A stretch of 39,370 nucleotides of DNA from a virus (Duplodnaviria; Caudoviricetes), in the IMG/VR virus record IMGVR_UViG_3300047561_000389, positions 1-39,370 of that record, one strand, 5' to 3'. The position numbers were made by a program, and so were the translations under genes. The notes beneath the pieces are model-generated. The model was not told where the DNA came from. It worked only from the letters and a program-made list of their open reading frames with translations, and did no database searches. Positions 25,085 to 36,143 of the stretch are shown one piece after another (position 1 is the first letter of the stretch; each line of letters begins with the position of its first letter).

Positions 25085-26446
25085 TTAGAATTGGCCAGTT
25101 TGACCTTGTGTTGCTCCATAGATTGCTTTGTCTCTACCTAATGCACCAACACCGGATGAACCTCCAAAGGATGCAGTTTCAAGAGAGATAAGTTTTTCAC
25201 GACGCTTCTTAGCATCAGCTGCGCCTTGTGTTCCAAAGACTTCTGCTTCTGCTGTTCCCTGTGTGTAAGGATTTTGCTTGTAAATATCAGCAAGTTGTGA
25301 ACCGCGTGGCAACATACCAGCAATAGTCTGGTAACCCTGTTGCGCTTGGTCCTTAGTAATACCGTATGCAGCAAGTCCTTCTGCTCCACCAAGGCTAGTT
25401 GTAAGTCCTTGTGAAAGGGCTGCTCCACCAATCTCAGCTGCAGTAACTTTACGGTTAATAGCATCAAGTGCGTTTTTAGGATCAAGTGCGTAAGCCAAAA
25501 TATCGCCATTGGTAATGTCTGGATAGAACTGCTTGAGAGTATAAGCAATTTCAGGGTTAGCGTTAATCACACGTTGCTGTGCTGTCTGCAAACGGTTCTC
25601 AAGTTCTACCGCTGATACGTCATTAGCAATCAATTTGGTAAACCCGTCTTGAGTTCCTAGTGCTCCTGTTTTCCAATAAGATTCAGGGAGTCCATAGTTA
25701 CGCATAAGGTTCTGGTAAGCATCTTCTTTAGCAAGATAAGTTGCTTCATCAATTGCTACAAGTCCATTAGCAACACGTTGTGCGTTACCTGCAAAGCGTG
25801 CTTGATACTCTGGAGTTTCACGAAGTTTAATAGTAAATTCTGCAGGCGATGCACCTGTTGTAATAAGACCTTTGAGTGGCGCTACTAGAGATTGCAAGCC
25901 ATACTTGGAAAACTCTGAATATAGTAAATCATAAGCAGATTGACGTTCACCTTTGGCTGTTGCTGCTGCAGTTTCTGCAGCAATTTGAGCGTCAGTTTTT
26001 AACCCAGTGCCACTACCGCTTCCAGTAACTATGTTGTTATTGTTACCTGATTCAGGAGAAGTAATAACATATTCGCCATTAGAGTCTTGACCGAATGTTG
26101 CACCAAAAGTTTTAGATGAAGTAGGGCCAGTTGCTACAGATAATTGATTATATGTTTTGCCGTTTTTGTCTGTAAGTGTTTCAATTCTATAACCCAATAC
26201 ACCTTCAGATGAACCAAAGAACTGTTCTAATTCTTTAGGAAATGCTCCTGGAGTAAACCCTGATGGTATGGCGCCTTCAGGTTCGCTTAACGGAATACCA
26301 GTTGTTGGATTATATTTGGCATTTTCTTCTTCTAATATCTTTGCAAGTTCTATTTCTGAAACTGGAGGAGTACGTGGACCAGCAACTCGTGGAGCACCAG
26401 TAGCGCCATCATCTAGTTGCATTATGTCTGGATTAAAGTTAGCCAT
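25085..26446 (-). CDS. Probable internal virion/ejection protein
   Basis: Ala/Gly/Gln-rich 453 aa, located between portal and scaffold. Confidence 0.5.
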   Translation of the reverse strand: MANFNPDIMQLDDGATGAPRVAGPRTPPVSEIELAKILEEENAKYNPTTGIPLSEPEGAIPSGFTPGAFPKELEQFFGSSEGVLGYRIETLTDKNGKTYNQLSVATGPTSSKTFGATFGQDSNGEYVITSPESGNNNNIVTGSGSGTGLKTDAQIAAETAAATAKGERQSAYDLLYSEFSKYGLQSLVAPLKGLITTGASPAEFTIKLRETPEYQARFAGNAQRVANGLVAIDEATYLAKEDAYQNLMRNYGLPESYWKTGALGTQDGFTKLIANDVSAVELENRLQTAQQRVINANPEIAYTLKQFYPDITNGDILAYALDPKNALDAINRKVTAAEIGGAALSQGLTTSLGGAEGLAAYGITKDQAQQGYQTIAGMLPRGSQLADIYKQNPYTQGTAEAEVFGTQGAADAKKRREKLISLETASFGGSSGVGALGRDKAIYGATQGQTGQF

Positions 26447-26449
26447 TGT

Positions 26450-28018
26450 TTACCCCTGGAATCCGAAGTCACGTAGCACGCTAAGTGCTGCTGTTGAAAC
26501 TTCTTGCTTTGCTGTATCTGTGTATTGCCAGCGATTATCTTGGCGCAATGCTTTCTTAAAATCGTACAAGTTCATATCGCCCTTGTCAGTAATAGCCATA
26601 CGAAGCGTTGGGTCATTAAGATCAATTTGGTTTGCATCACCAATTTCAAGAATCTTAGCCATTTGGTCACGGTAGGGTGCATAGACTTGGTCAAGGTTGT
26701 AACCCTGTCCAAGTAGATCACGCACGTATGCTGGCTGTCCTTGCGCTGCAAGACGACGTGCATCTTGAGCAATACGGTTAACGTCAATAGCGCCCGTAGC
26801 AATGTTTTGCAATACCTGCTGCTCGTTAGAACCACCAGGAATAATATCTTTCATTGTAAAACCATTTGATTTAGCAATACTTTGAAGTGTTTGGTAATCT
26901 TGTAATGCTTTACCAGAATATCCTTCTGTTGGTTTACCAGCAATAGTGCTACCGATTGGACGAATAGCTGCAGCAATAAGGTTGTTAGTTAAAGAATCTT
27001 CAATACCAGTATTGGTAATGTACATATTTTCAGCTACACGCTGGATTGCTGCAGGATCTGATGCCAAACCTGAACCCATTGCACGGGCTTTGTTTAGAAC
27101 CTGATCTTTAAGAGATCTGATTTGTTTTTCGTAATCAGTATTTCCGGTAGCATTACCTGTTGCTATTTGATCCTGATAATTGTAAAGCTGTATATAACGG
27201 TTCTTTATTTCTTGAGAATTTTGCTTGTACCAAGTATCATTACGAAGCTCTTGTAAGAATCGTGCATCTGTCCAGCCAACTTTAGGATCAAGGTATTTGT
27301 CAAGCAACGCTTTGAGACTAGGAACGTGTGCAAATAAAGTACTTGCTAAACCAAGAGCAGTTTCTGCTGCGTTAAGTCCTGATGCTTTAGCGTTATCACT
27401 AATAACATTAGCACCTGGTACAACGCCAGCAGCTTTAGCCATAGATGCTTCATCTGCCGCACGAAAAGTTCCTACATTAAATGTATCTGGAACAGCCTTG
27501 CCAGTACTTGCAGTGCTATTTGATGTAGTTACAGCAGGCTTATTTGAGCTTACAGGTGGAGAAGTTACTGTAGACGGCTTGGTTAAACGAGCAGCATCTG
27601 GACCAGCTAATGTTGTAGTAGGCGCTTTTGCTACTGTCTTTAACTCAGGAAAATACTTTTCAACTTCTGGTGCAATGTCGCTAAGTTTGTACTTTGCATC
27701 ATTGATTTTAGATCTAATTCCAGAGATATCTTCGCCTCGTGCTTTAGCGTTTTCAAGAGCACCAGTAAGGGTTTTGATTTGAGACTTTAGAGATGTGTAA
27801 TCTTTTGCAGATGATGCTACTTTTTTAAGAGAATTGTATTCTGCTTCAATACGCAAACGATCTGCATTAACAGCTTTAATTTCATTGTTGATGCTTTTAA
27901 TCTCAGCATTTGAAAGTCCAGCTTTGCGACGCTTTTCTTCTAAGGCTTTAATCTTCTTTACTTTGTCGGTTCTATCTCCGCTAAGTTTTTGTAATTTATC
28001 GTCAACTTGGTTAGCCAT
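26450..28018 (-). CDS. Probable internal virion protein
   Basis: 522 aa, N-terminal coiled coil and a low-complexity linker. Confidence 0.5.
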   Translation of the reverse strand: MANQVDDKLQKLSGDRTDKVKKIKALEEKRRKAGLSNAEIKSINNEIKAVNADRLRIEAEYNSLKKVASSAKDYTSLKSQIKTLTGALENAKARGEDISGIRSKINDAKYKLSDIAPEVEKYFPELKTVAKAPTTTLAGPDAARLTKPSTVTSPPVSSNKPAVTTSNSTASTGKAVPDTFNVGTFRAADEASMAKAAGVVPGANVISDNAKASGLNAAETALGLASTLFAHVPSLKALLDKYLDPKVGWTDARFLQELRNDTWYKQNSQEIKNRYIQLYNYQDQIATGNATGNTDYEKQIRSLKDQVLNKARAMGSGLASDPAAIQRVAENMYITNTGIEDSLTNNLIAAAIRPIGSTIAGKPTEGYSGKALQDYQTLQSIAKSNGFTMKDIIPGGSNEQQVLQNIATGAIDVNRIAQDARRLAAQGQPAYVRDLLGQGYNLDQVYAPYRDQMAKILEIGDANQIDLNDPTLRMAITDKGDMNLYDFKKALRQDNRWQYTDTAKQEVSTAALSVLRDFGFQG

Positions 28019-28779
28019 TAACGCAACCCTCCAAGTTCCTGCATCATAAGGGTCATTGCGTTACGAGTACGTTGATCTTGCACGGGTGCTGTGCCTTCAA
28101 TCTTTTGTGTAAGAAATTGCTGTGTGTCAATGCCACCGGTAGTTGAAGACTTTCCTGTACCGTCATAGACTGTCTTTACTGGGTTTGCTGCTTGGGCTGT
28201 ACGCAACAACTTTGTATATTTGGCAATATCTGCAGAAGACGCTTTTTGTCCAGCAAGATCTTGAAAGATTGTATTGATTAAAGAGTTAGCAGCTGTATCG
28301 TTGATCTGTTGCTTGGCAATACTTACGCCAGCTTTACTCGCTCCAGTACCACCACCAGCATTTGCAGCAAGAAAAGCATCAAGGTTAGCTGATGATCCTG
28401 ACTGTACTCCTGCTTGAATTGCTGCTCGTGCTTCTGTGTCTAAAGCAGAATGAGCATCAACCCAAGCCTTGCGAAGACTTTTGGTGACGGCACCATTGAT
28501 TGGTCCAACTGAGTAGCCTGCAGCTTTTAACTTAGTTGCATATGCAATACGTTCTGCTACGGACATATCAAAGAGCATCTTATTAAGTTGCGCTTCGCTC
28601 ATTTCTGTAGGCTTAGCAGCACCAGGTTCAAACGAAGTGATGTAAGAAACTGTTATTGCGTTTGGATCAAACCCACCAGTAGAAGTTCCTTGTACCACAG
28701 AGCTAGAAGGAGAAGTAGAAACAGGAGCCTTGATTGGCTTTGCAGAGGCACGTGCCTCATCTGCTGATTTTGCTGCCAT
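28018..28779 (-). CDS. Probable internal virion protein
   Basis: 253 aa, Ala-rich, coupled to neighbours. Confidence 0.5.
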   Translation of the reverse strand: MAAKSADEARASAKPIKAPVSTSPSSSVVQGTSTGGFDPNAITVSYITSFEPGAAKPTEMSEAQLNKMLFDMSVAERIAYATKLKAAGYSVGPINGAVTKSLRKAWVDAHSALDTEARAAIQAGVQSGSSANLDAFLAANAGGGTGASKAGVSIAKQQINDTAANSLINTIFQDLAGQKASSADIAKYTKLLRTAQAANPVKTVYDGTGKSSTTGGIDTQQFLTQKIEGTAPVQDQRTRNAMTLMMQELGGLR

Positions 28780-28780
28780 C

Positions 28781-31700
28781 TTAGTCTCCTATCAGTGATG
28801 AAAATAATACGTCATATGCTGACTTTGTATTTGGATTACTCTCACCTAGTTTTTGAAGTTGAATTCGTGTTCCTTCTTTCATCGCAGCAAGGCGATCAAG
28901 TGAGGCTTGACTTCTGTCTGTAATTTGTGAAGCTGCTGCGTTGTACTGGTCGTAGACTGCAAGCATATCTTTTAACACACCAGCAACAACACCCTTTGGT
29001 GGGTTTGGTTCGTTAGTAAACATATTACGCAAATCACTTACTGCTTGTTTGCGACGCAAGTTTGGCAAAGAACCTTGTGCAAACTCTTCTGCAAGAGTTG
29101 GACGAAGTGCCATATAAGACTTAGACCAAGCACTCCAGCTATCATTAAGTTTACGCTTTTGATCTACAGAAGTTGTAGATGCTAGTGACTCTTTGTAGAT
29201 AGCGTTCTGTTGGAAATAGAACTGACGATCTGTAGCAGACTGTACTTCCTTGAGGAAGTCTCCTATAGGCTTCTTATTAAGTAAGCCTTCATTAACCATA
29301 GTTTTGTAAGAGTCATAGTTAAATGCACCAATCTGTGGGATTAAGAATCCTGCAGCCTGTGGATACTTATTAAGTAATGCTTGATTATTATCAACCCAGT
29401 TACCAGCTGCTTCACCGTAACGGATAACAGCAACAGTCTTCTTACTAGACTCAGATACTGTGTATGGCATCTGCTTAGGGAACAGACGAATCCATTCCTC
29501 AGTAGCCTTAGTAAAGTCACCGTGGTATTGAGTTACTAGGTTGGAGAACACTTGCTTAAAGTTTGTACGTTCGTTGTCTTTAACCCAGTTAGCCATATCT
29601 GACTTCAAGTTTACACTTGGAGCAGCTGGCAGGATTAGCGATTCAAAGAAACGCATACCTAGAACAGTTGATGTTGTAGCCTTTAACTTATCTGAGTAAG
29701 CCTCAATCTCACCAGCAGTAGGTGGAATCTGCTCGCCAGTCTTTGGGTCAGTCTTAATTGTTAGACCGTGTCCACTAGCCTCTAGGTAAGTTGCTGCCTT
29801 ACGAAAGGCTGATGCAAACTGTGAGTTACGCTCATCTTGATTAAGCACTGCTAGCGCACGGTTGATGTGTGCTGGCAAGATAGCGTTAATTAAAGGTTGA
29901 TCTTCGCTGTATGTACCCTGTAAATATCGTTGTGCTTCCTTAGTTGAAGGAATGAAACGGTACATAAGTTCCATTGGGAACGCTGCTAATGGACCAGAAA
30001 AAGTAGGAAAGATTGAATCTGGGTTCATTGAAGGTGTAATCATATTGAGCTTAGCACCAAACTCGACTGGCATAGGTGCCACAAATCCATTGTTAAGTCC
30101 TGCTACCTTTGCAAGACCAGACATTACTGAATACACCTGATTCATACCAGGATAAATAAAGTAAGAATCTCCTTGGTCATCTTTCTGGACAAAGCCAGAG
30201 TGAGATACACCTTCATATGTCAGTGCTAAACGTGAGATTGACTCAGGGTTGTAGCGCACTGTGCGTGCCACGCGACGATAGAAGTCCTCAGTTGCACGGT
30301 AGTAACGAGCAAAGTTACGCATTGTAAATGCTAACTGTGTACGCACATCAGGGTTATCTACATATGCCAGTACTCGCTCTTTAGCAAGGTCCTGTGTCAT
30401 TTCAATAATGTTTGACTTAGCACGACGTGTAGCATCAGCGATAAGAATTGTTTTCTCTTCTGCTGATAAAGATGCGTTGTTACGAATTGGCCCTACAAAA
30501 GCCTCAAGGTAACGGTCTTCTAGTCCTGCTTCTTTCCATCCCTTACGGATGTCAACAGTTGCTGATAGAACTAAAGGTTCGCGTGACCAACGGGCGTTCA
30601 TTTCGCCCAGCCAGTTCCAGTGTTTACCAACAATTTTACCTGCTGGGTTACCATCCGCTATTGGCATTAACTTCTTACCAATAACAAACTCTGGGACATC
30701 TTCATAGCTCTTAGGCAAATCATCAATACCTAGACCACGTGTGTTTATATTATAGCCACCAGTAGGAGTCTTAATACGTACTTTGTCTAGTAACTTTCGA
30801 TTTACTTTACCATCTGCTTTAGTAAAAAGATTCTTAGTAGCAGCATATACATTGCGTGCGTGTGTCATCTCATCTGCATTATTGCCTGGTGCATATAACT
30901 GATAACGTGCTTTTTGTGGAGCATATTCTTCAGACATCAATTTTCTATAGATCGCATTAACTGCTGCGTTCTCAGCACCAGGTGCATCGTCAACATAGCG
31001 AAGTGCAATAGAACCTAGTTCATCGTTACCGACTGCAGCAATCTGTGTAATCCAAGCAACCTTGCCATCAGTATCTAATGGGCGTAGTTCTTGGAAAGAA
31101 CCGCCGTGATCGATCTTGTACTTCTTGCCATCAATGGTGTATTCACGCATTGTGCCAAATTTGTCTACAGATTGCATAGTATCTGTCCAGTGGTCGGCAC
31201 CTGTAATGCCTTTCTTGCCACCTTCTGCAACTGCTTGAAGCATATCGTCGATCTGACCGTATTCTGCCATCTCAGCAATAATCTCACGTGCTTTAGGATC
31301 TATCTTACCAAGATACTTGTCGCTCATTACAGCCTCTGCCATAATCTTGCGTGCATCTTGTACAGTTTCAGCTGCCGCTAATTTCTCTTGGTACAAAGCG
31401 CGGTCTTTTTTCATAACTAATTTGTTGATTGCGCTGAGCGTGTCTCCACCTTGACCAACACGAATCTTATTAGATAGACGCTTACCAGCAACTACACCAA
31501 ATACACCGTCACCTACTGCAAGGTGGACCATTAAATCTTCAATAGAGTTACGTACAGCAAAGCGAGGACCTGCAAGGGTCAAAAATGACCACGCAGATGT
31601 TAGATCTTGCGCCCACTTGGTGTGTGACCAACCCATAATGCGACCCATTACCTGAGCTTTACCTACAATTGCGTCTAGTTCTTGGATCTTAGGAACAGAC

Positions 31701-33559
31701 ATACCAGATGCTAGTTGATAATCAAAGATAGCAAACTGTTGTTGGTTAAATTCAGATGGCTTTAGGTAAGTTTTTTCACCAAGTTCATTAAGAACTGCTT
31801 TGCCATCTTTATCGCGTAGTAAAACTGATGGAGCAAACAACTGCTCACGTGAAGATCTAGCCAAATCATCAAGGATGTTACCTAATCCTGGAGTCTTATT
31901 AAGACCACGGATTTCAGCAACAGTGTTATACACACCCATCATAATGTTACGCTTCTGCGCTTCGTCTCCAGCCTTAAAAGCCTCAGAGAACATACGTGAG
32001 TTGTAACGTGTGTTAGCAAGACGTGCTAACTGGTATACCTTTTCAGCTGCATCAGGTGCGTTAGGATCAAAGAAGTCATCCTTAAAGAAAGGAACCTTTG
32101 AAAACTTAGATGCAAAGCGGTCAATACGATCTTGAACGTATGACAATGGCATACGGAAACCTTGGTCGTCACGTAACTTGGCAGTCTTTCCTTCTACTGT
32201 GCCAATCTTGCTGGCTGTAGATTGAAACAAAAACTCTTTTGGAGTTGCTTCTGTTGCAGGAAGTCCTGTACGAGAATCTACAAATGTAGTCTTTTCAAGT
32301 AAACGAGCTTGTACACCTGCTGGCGTAATGGTATCTCCAAAGATTTCACGAGATACGCGCTTGCCTGCATTGTCAAAGCGGATTAACTTGTTACCAGTGG
32401 TCTGTGCAGCAATGCGAAGTTGACGTGCTGCGTCCATACGTGGAAGTAATTGGACCTGACGACCTGCTTGTCCAGTAAATACTGGTAATGCTTCTTTTGA
32501 ACTAGCAAGAAATTGTTTAATAGTACCGGCTTCTACTACACCGTTATCAAGCATTGTTTTAATTACTTGATCGCCAAACTCTGGAGCAATACGCTTAACT
32601 GCTTGGCTAGCATTAAATAGTTCTTCGGCTGATACTGCGCCACCCTTAAAAGCATCTTGTGCTTTTTTATAGTTGGTAAGCGCTGCTACAAAATCTGTAT
32701 CAAAACGTGCAACGCTTGCTTTTTGAAAAGCCTTTTCAACGCTGACAGCATCGCCAACAATAGTTTTAAGAGCATAGTTAGAAATATCGTAAGTCTTCTT
32801 GGCTTTACCTAATACAAGAGTAGGATCTGCAAAAATACGGAACGCTGCATCTCCAAGACCAGAGATAGTCTTATATAGAACGCCAGATCCTTCTAGTGAT
32901 CCAGGAAGAACTGCGTTAGCAATCATACGTCCTGGCGAATACTTAGCAGCTTGTGCTGCATCTAGTGCTTCTTGAAAGAGTTTATCTTTCTTTTGAGCAG
33001 CAGCGGCAGCAACCTGCTTTTCGCCTTCTGTACCAGTAGCAAGGATTTCATCAAGAGTCATACCTGATGCAACCTTTTGGGCCACGTTCATCATATCTGC
33101 GCCGTAAAGTCTTTGTGCTGCTGCTATACGGTTAGGGCTAAAAACCTTATCGCCTTTATCATTTGCTGTAGTCCACGCTTCTGCAAGACCTTTACCTTGG
33201 TCAACCATAATGGCACCAGTACGGTAAGCACGTGTAGTTAAATCTGAAAGTTCAGTAACACCTTTGAAAGCAAGTTTTACTGGGGCAGCAACTGCTGTAA
33301 ATACTGGTTCTATCGTGTAGTGAAGAGCTGTGCCTAACCAACCGCGCTTCTTATCGATGTTACCAAATTGATCTTTAAGAGATTGCTGTTGAGCAGGAGT
33401 CAGCTTTGAGTACTCTTGCTTTGCTGCATCGGCAGGCAAAGCAGACAACTTCTGATGAGTGTCAAGAGCCTTGGTGTAACCGTTAAGTTGAGCCATCTGC
33501 TCTGGCGTCAAAGACGTCGTTGAAGCAATGGCCTTAATGTTATTGGATGTCGTTCCCAC
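28781..33559 (-). CDS. Large internal virion / DNA ejection protein
   Basis: 1592 aa, helical, Ala-rich; size and position match podoviral ejection proteins. Confidence 0.6.
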   Translation of the reverse strand: MGTTSNNIKAIASTTSLTPEQMAQLNGYTKALDTHQKLSALPADAAKQEYSKLTPAQQQSLKDQFGNIDKKRGWLGTALHYTIEPVFTAVAAPVKLAFKGVTELSDLTTRAYRTGAIMVDQGKGLAEAWTTANDKGDKVFSPNRIAAAQRLYGADMMNVAQKVASGMTLDEILATGTEGEKQVAAAAAQKKDKLFQEALDAAQAAKYSPGRMIANAVLPGSLEGSGVLYKTISGLGDAAFRIFADPTLVLGKAKKTYDISNYALKTIVGDAVSVEKAFQKASVARFDTDFVAALTNYKKAQDAFKGGAVSAEELFNASQAVKRIAPEFGDQVIKTMLDNGVVEAGTIKQFLASSKEALPVFTGQAGRQVQLLPRMDAARQLRIAAQTTGNKLIRFDNAGKRVSREIFGDTITPAGVQARLLEKTTFVDSRTGLPATEATPKEFLFQSTASKIGTVEGKTAKLRDDQGFRMPLSYVQDRIDRFASKFSKVPFFKDDFFDPNAPDAAEKVYQLARLANTRYNSRMFSEAFKAGDEAQKRNIMMGVYNTVAEIRGLNKTPGLGNILDDLARSSREQLFAPSVLLRDKDGKAVLNELGEKTYLKPSEFNQQQFAIFDYQLASGMSVPKIQELDAIVGKAQVMGRIMGWSHTKWAQDLTSAWSFLTLAGPRFAVRNSIEDLMVHLAVGDGVFGVVAGKRLSNKIRVGQGGDTLSAINKLVMKKDRALYQEKLAAAETVQDARKIMAEAVMSDKYLGKIDPKAREIIAEMAEYGQIDDMLQAVAEGGKKGITGADHWTDTMQSVDKFGTMREYTIDGKKYKIDHGGSFQELRPLDTDGKVAWITQIAAVGNDELGSIALRYVDDAPGAENAAVNAIYRKLMSEEYAPQKARYQLYAPGNNADEMTHARNVYAATKNLFTKADGKVNRKLLDKVRIKTPTGGYNINTRGLGIDDLPKSYEDVPEFVIGKKLMPIADGNPAGKIVGKHWNWLGEMNARWSREPLVLSATVDIRKGWKEAGLEDRYLEAFVGPIRNNASLSAEEKTILIADATRRAKSNIIEMTQDLAKERVLAYVDNPDVRTQLAFTMRNFARYYRATEDFYRRVARTVRYNPESISRLALTYEGVSHSGFVQKDDQGDSYFIYPGMNQVYSVMSGLAKVAGLNNGFVAPMPVEFGAKLNMITPSMNPDSIFPTFSGPLAAFPMELMYRFIPSTKEAQRYLQGTYSEDQPLINAILPAHINRALAVLNQDERNSQFASAFRKAATYLEASGHGLTIKTDPKTGEQIPPTAGEIEAYSDKLKATTSTVLGMRFFESLILPAAPSVNLKSDMANWVKDNERTNFKQVFSNLVTQYHGDFTKATEEWIRLFPKQMPYTVSESSKKTVAVIRYGEAAGNWVDNNQALLNKYPQAAGFLIPQIGAFNYDSYKTMVNEGLLNKKPIGDFLKEVQSATDRQFYFQQNAIYKESLASTTSVDQKRKLNDSWSAWSKSYMALRPTLAEEFAQGSLPNLRRKQAVSDLRNMFTNEPNPPKGVVAGVLKDMLAVYDQYNAAASQITDRSQASLDRLAAMKEGTRIQLQKLGESNPNTKSAYDVLFSSLIGD

Positions 33560-33972
33560 TATTGTCCTCTGGATAGAGCGTTCTGGTAGAGAACCGTGAT
33601 TTCTCCTGTAGTGTCATAGGGAAGAAGTACTGCAAGAGTATCTGAAAGTTTTCCAACTGCTGGTTGCATAGTAAGTGCTTCTGAACCAGGACCTGGGCCA
33701 ACATTTACACCAGATGAAATTGCTTCATTAGGACGTTGTGACTTATCGTAAAGTCCAACTGCTTGACCAATAGCATCCCCGCCTGCTGCTACCTGTGGTG
33801 CTTGTGAAGTCTTAACTCCACCTGTTGTTGCTAAAGCAGCACCTGATTTGGCTGCGTTGTACGCAACTCCATCACCGTAAGATTGTGACTTATATTTAAG
33901 GTCTTCTCGTTTTGAAAAAGGTCCAGGACCTGATACACCCTGCATTGGGTTAGTGCGATCTTCAATCGCCAT
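33559..33972 (-). CDS. Hypothetical virion protein (VSGPGPFSKR.D)
   Basis: RBS AGGAGG; Gly/Pro-rich. Confidence 0.65.
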   Translation of the reverse strand: MAIEDRTNPMQGVSGPGPFSKREDLKYKSQSYGDGVAYNAAKSGAALATTGGVKTSQAPQVAAGGDAIGQAVGLYDKSQRPNEAISSGVNVGPGPGSEALTMQPAVGKLSDTLAVLLPYDTTGEITVLYQNALSRGQ

Positions 33973-34186
33973 TTGTATCCTCCTGAATAGTTTCTAAATC
34001 TTGTGCGAAGTCATCCCAAATCTTATTAACTTTGGTTTCGCGGTTTGAATGATAAATTGATAATTCCATTAAAGACTCTGCAAGGTTCGTAATCACTTGA
34101 CAGATATTGTAAATAAACTCTGCAACTATAACTAACGCATCAGTAGGACGTACTGGACGTGGCACTTCATCATTACGATTGTTCAC
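33962..34186 (-). CDS. Hypothetical protein
   Basis: GTG start after RBS AGGAG. Confidence 0.6.
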   Translation of the reverse strand: MNNRNDEVPRPVRPTDALVIVAEFIYNICQVITNLAESLMELSIYHSNRETKVNKIWDDFAQDLETIQEDTNGD

Positions 34187-34208
34187 GCCCAGTACTCCTG
34201 ACTAATAA

Positions 34209-34355
34209 TTACTTAGACTTCTTAACCATCTTGCCTGGCTTTGCAGCTCCAGCAAAAGGCATCTTAACGTCGCCGCCTGTTACCTTGGCTCCTGCTCCTG
34301 CTGCGCCGTGGATAGGCTTTGACATAGGTGCTGGTGCTTGTGATCCTTTATTCAT
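34209..34355 (-). CDS. Small basic protein, 48 aa (MNKGSQAPAPMSKP...)
   Basis: Hand-translated; strong RBS GGGAGGTG. Confidence 0.65.
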   Translation of the reverse strand: MNKGSQAPAPMSKPIHGAAGAGAKVTGGDVKMPFAGAAKPGKMVKKSK

Positions 34356-34373
34356 ATTTCACCTCCCTAGAAG

Positions 34374-36134
34374 TTATGCTGCGCCGCCGATTGATGCGAG
34401 CAATGATGCAATATCTGGCTTACCTTGAGGTGCGCCTTGTGGACCGCCAGCAGCAGGGGCTGCACCGCCAGGTTGTTCCATACTTGGCTGCAAGGCAGAG
34501 GCGGGAGCCATACCTGCTACTGGAGGTTGCACACCCATTTCTGGATTTGCAGGCTGTGGCTCAGGCGCAAACGCCTTCTCCACAACATTTTCTATTGTCA
34601 ATCCCTTTTGACGTCCCTTAATCATTTCTGCAAATGATCCTAGGATTTTAGAAGGGTCTTGTCCTTGTGCAATCATCTGTGGGATTGCAAGAGCAGTCTG
34701 TCCGATAGCTGCACGAAGAGCATCGCGCATCTCTTCGATGTCAACCTTCTGCTCTTCCTGAGTTACGTTGATCTCAATAGGAAGTTCACGACGTACATAG
34801 TCGCGTGAAATAAGTTTATCTGAACGCATCTGTAGCAAAGCCACTGTTGCGTTGTTTGGATTCATACCAGACATAATTCCGTAGCGAACATCAACAGTGT
34901 AATCACCGTTAATTGCCTTAGAAGGAATGTACTTCATTGTGTATGGTGTGCCGTCATCGACGCCACGGATTTCTTTCATACGGTTGCCGAAGATCTTTTC
35001 ATCTGTCTTAAAGCAAAGAGCAATCAATTCAACAAACATATGTGCAAACTGTGCTTGTGCTGCCTTGATCTGTGTATCAAATCCAGCCTGTAGTGCTTGT
35101 ACACCACGGCCTGTAACGATAGATGCGTCTGAATTACCACCACGAGTCTCAGGGTAGCGAGCACCGGTACGTAATTCACGCTCTAATACACCTGATTCAG
35201 CAAAGATGCCAGGTGGTAGATCTAGTGGAACACGACGGATGTTCTGTGGTTGGGATGAACGCATAATAGAATCTGGTCCAAGGGCCAGTTCTTGTACATC
35301 TTGTGGAATAGCAATAGGTGCTTGAATAGATTTCTCAGCAGCTTGTACCTGTAGCACAGCAAAGCGTGCACGAGCAAGCTGTACACCTAGTACGTCGTCA
35401 TACTGACCACGTGCTTCACCATCGATAGATGGGCGCATTGAAACACGAACCATACATTCACCGATTGGGTTAGGTGTATTAGATAGAACTAGGTTCTTAC
35501 GCTCTGGTAGATAGATCATATCTTGGTCTTTGTCGTGGTAACGAACTAAAGATAGATATGGAGAACCTGGTGTGTACTGGTTTCTGCCTACGATGTCTTC
35601 GTAGAACTCTGGGTACATAGATGCCAATGTCTGTGCATCCATACCAACGATCTGTGTAAGAGATAAGCAACGACCAAAGCGGTCAATCTCTGGGTATGAA
35701 CCAAATGGGTTAAGCATCTTCATAATTGGGTTGTTGTTCTCGTAATCGAGTTCAACGCGACCAATCAACATACCGTAAGTGTTGTACCAATCTGCACCTA
35801 CGTACATTTGTGTACCTAGTTCAGAACGATCTACATAATAGTTTGCAATGCGTGTACGTGTATCTGCTGCCTTACGAGCAGAGTCAGACACCATATTAGA
35901 AGCAGTACAGTTAAAAGATGGAAGTGGTGCCATTGATTCAGCGAGATCACGAGCAGAGACGTCGATGATATTTGCGACGAGAGGCTTTGGATATTCCTCT
36001 GAGAACATAGCAGGGTAAACCTTGCTGATGTCTCCCTGACGCACTGAAAGGACGTCACGCATACGACCATCACGCGCTGCGTATTTGGTCTGTAAGCGAG
36101 ATACCTTAGCGGTGACCTCTTTGATTGTTAGCAC
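34374..36134 (-). CDS. Portal protein
   Basis: 586 aa downstream of the terminase; helical with a Pro/Ala-rich tail. Confidence 0.8.
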   Translation of the reverse strand: MLTIKEVTAKVSRLQTKYAARDGRMRDVLSVRQGDISKVYPAMFSEEYPKPLVANIIDVSARDLAESMAPLPSFNCTASNMVSDSARKAADTRTRIANYYVDRSELGTQMYVGADWYNTYGMLIGRVELDYENNNPIMKMLNPFGSYPEIDRFGRCLSLTQIVGMDAQTLASMYPEFYEDIVGRNQYTPGSPYLSLVRYHDKDQDMIYLPERKNLVLSNTPNPIGECMVRVSMRPSIDGEARGQYDDVLGVQLARARFAVLQVQAAEKSIQAPIAIPQDVQELALGPDSIMRSSQPQNIRRVPLDLPPGIFAESGVLERELRTGARYPETRGGNSDASIVTGRGVQALQAGFDTQIKAAQAQFAHMFVELIALCFKTDEKIFGNRMKEIRGVDDGTPYTMKYIPSKAINGDYTVDVRYGIMSGMNPNNATVALLQMRSDKLISRDYVRRELPIEINVTQEEQKVDIEEMRDALRAAIGQTALAIPQMIAQGQDPSKILGSFAEMIKGRQKGLTIENVVEKAFAPEPQPANPEMGVQPPVAGMAPASALQPSMEQPGGAAPAAGGPQGAPQGKPDIASLLASIGGAA

Positions 36135-36143
36135 TTGTAATCC

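Noticed and set aside
28781-33559. Virion RNA polymerase or tape measure protein
   Set aside because: No DxDGD or T7-type polymerase motifs were recognised, and no tail tube or tail chaperone genes are evident. An ejection protein fits better.
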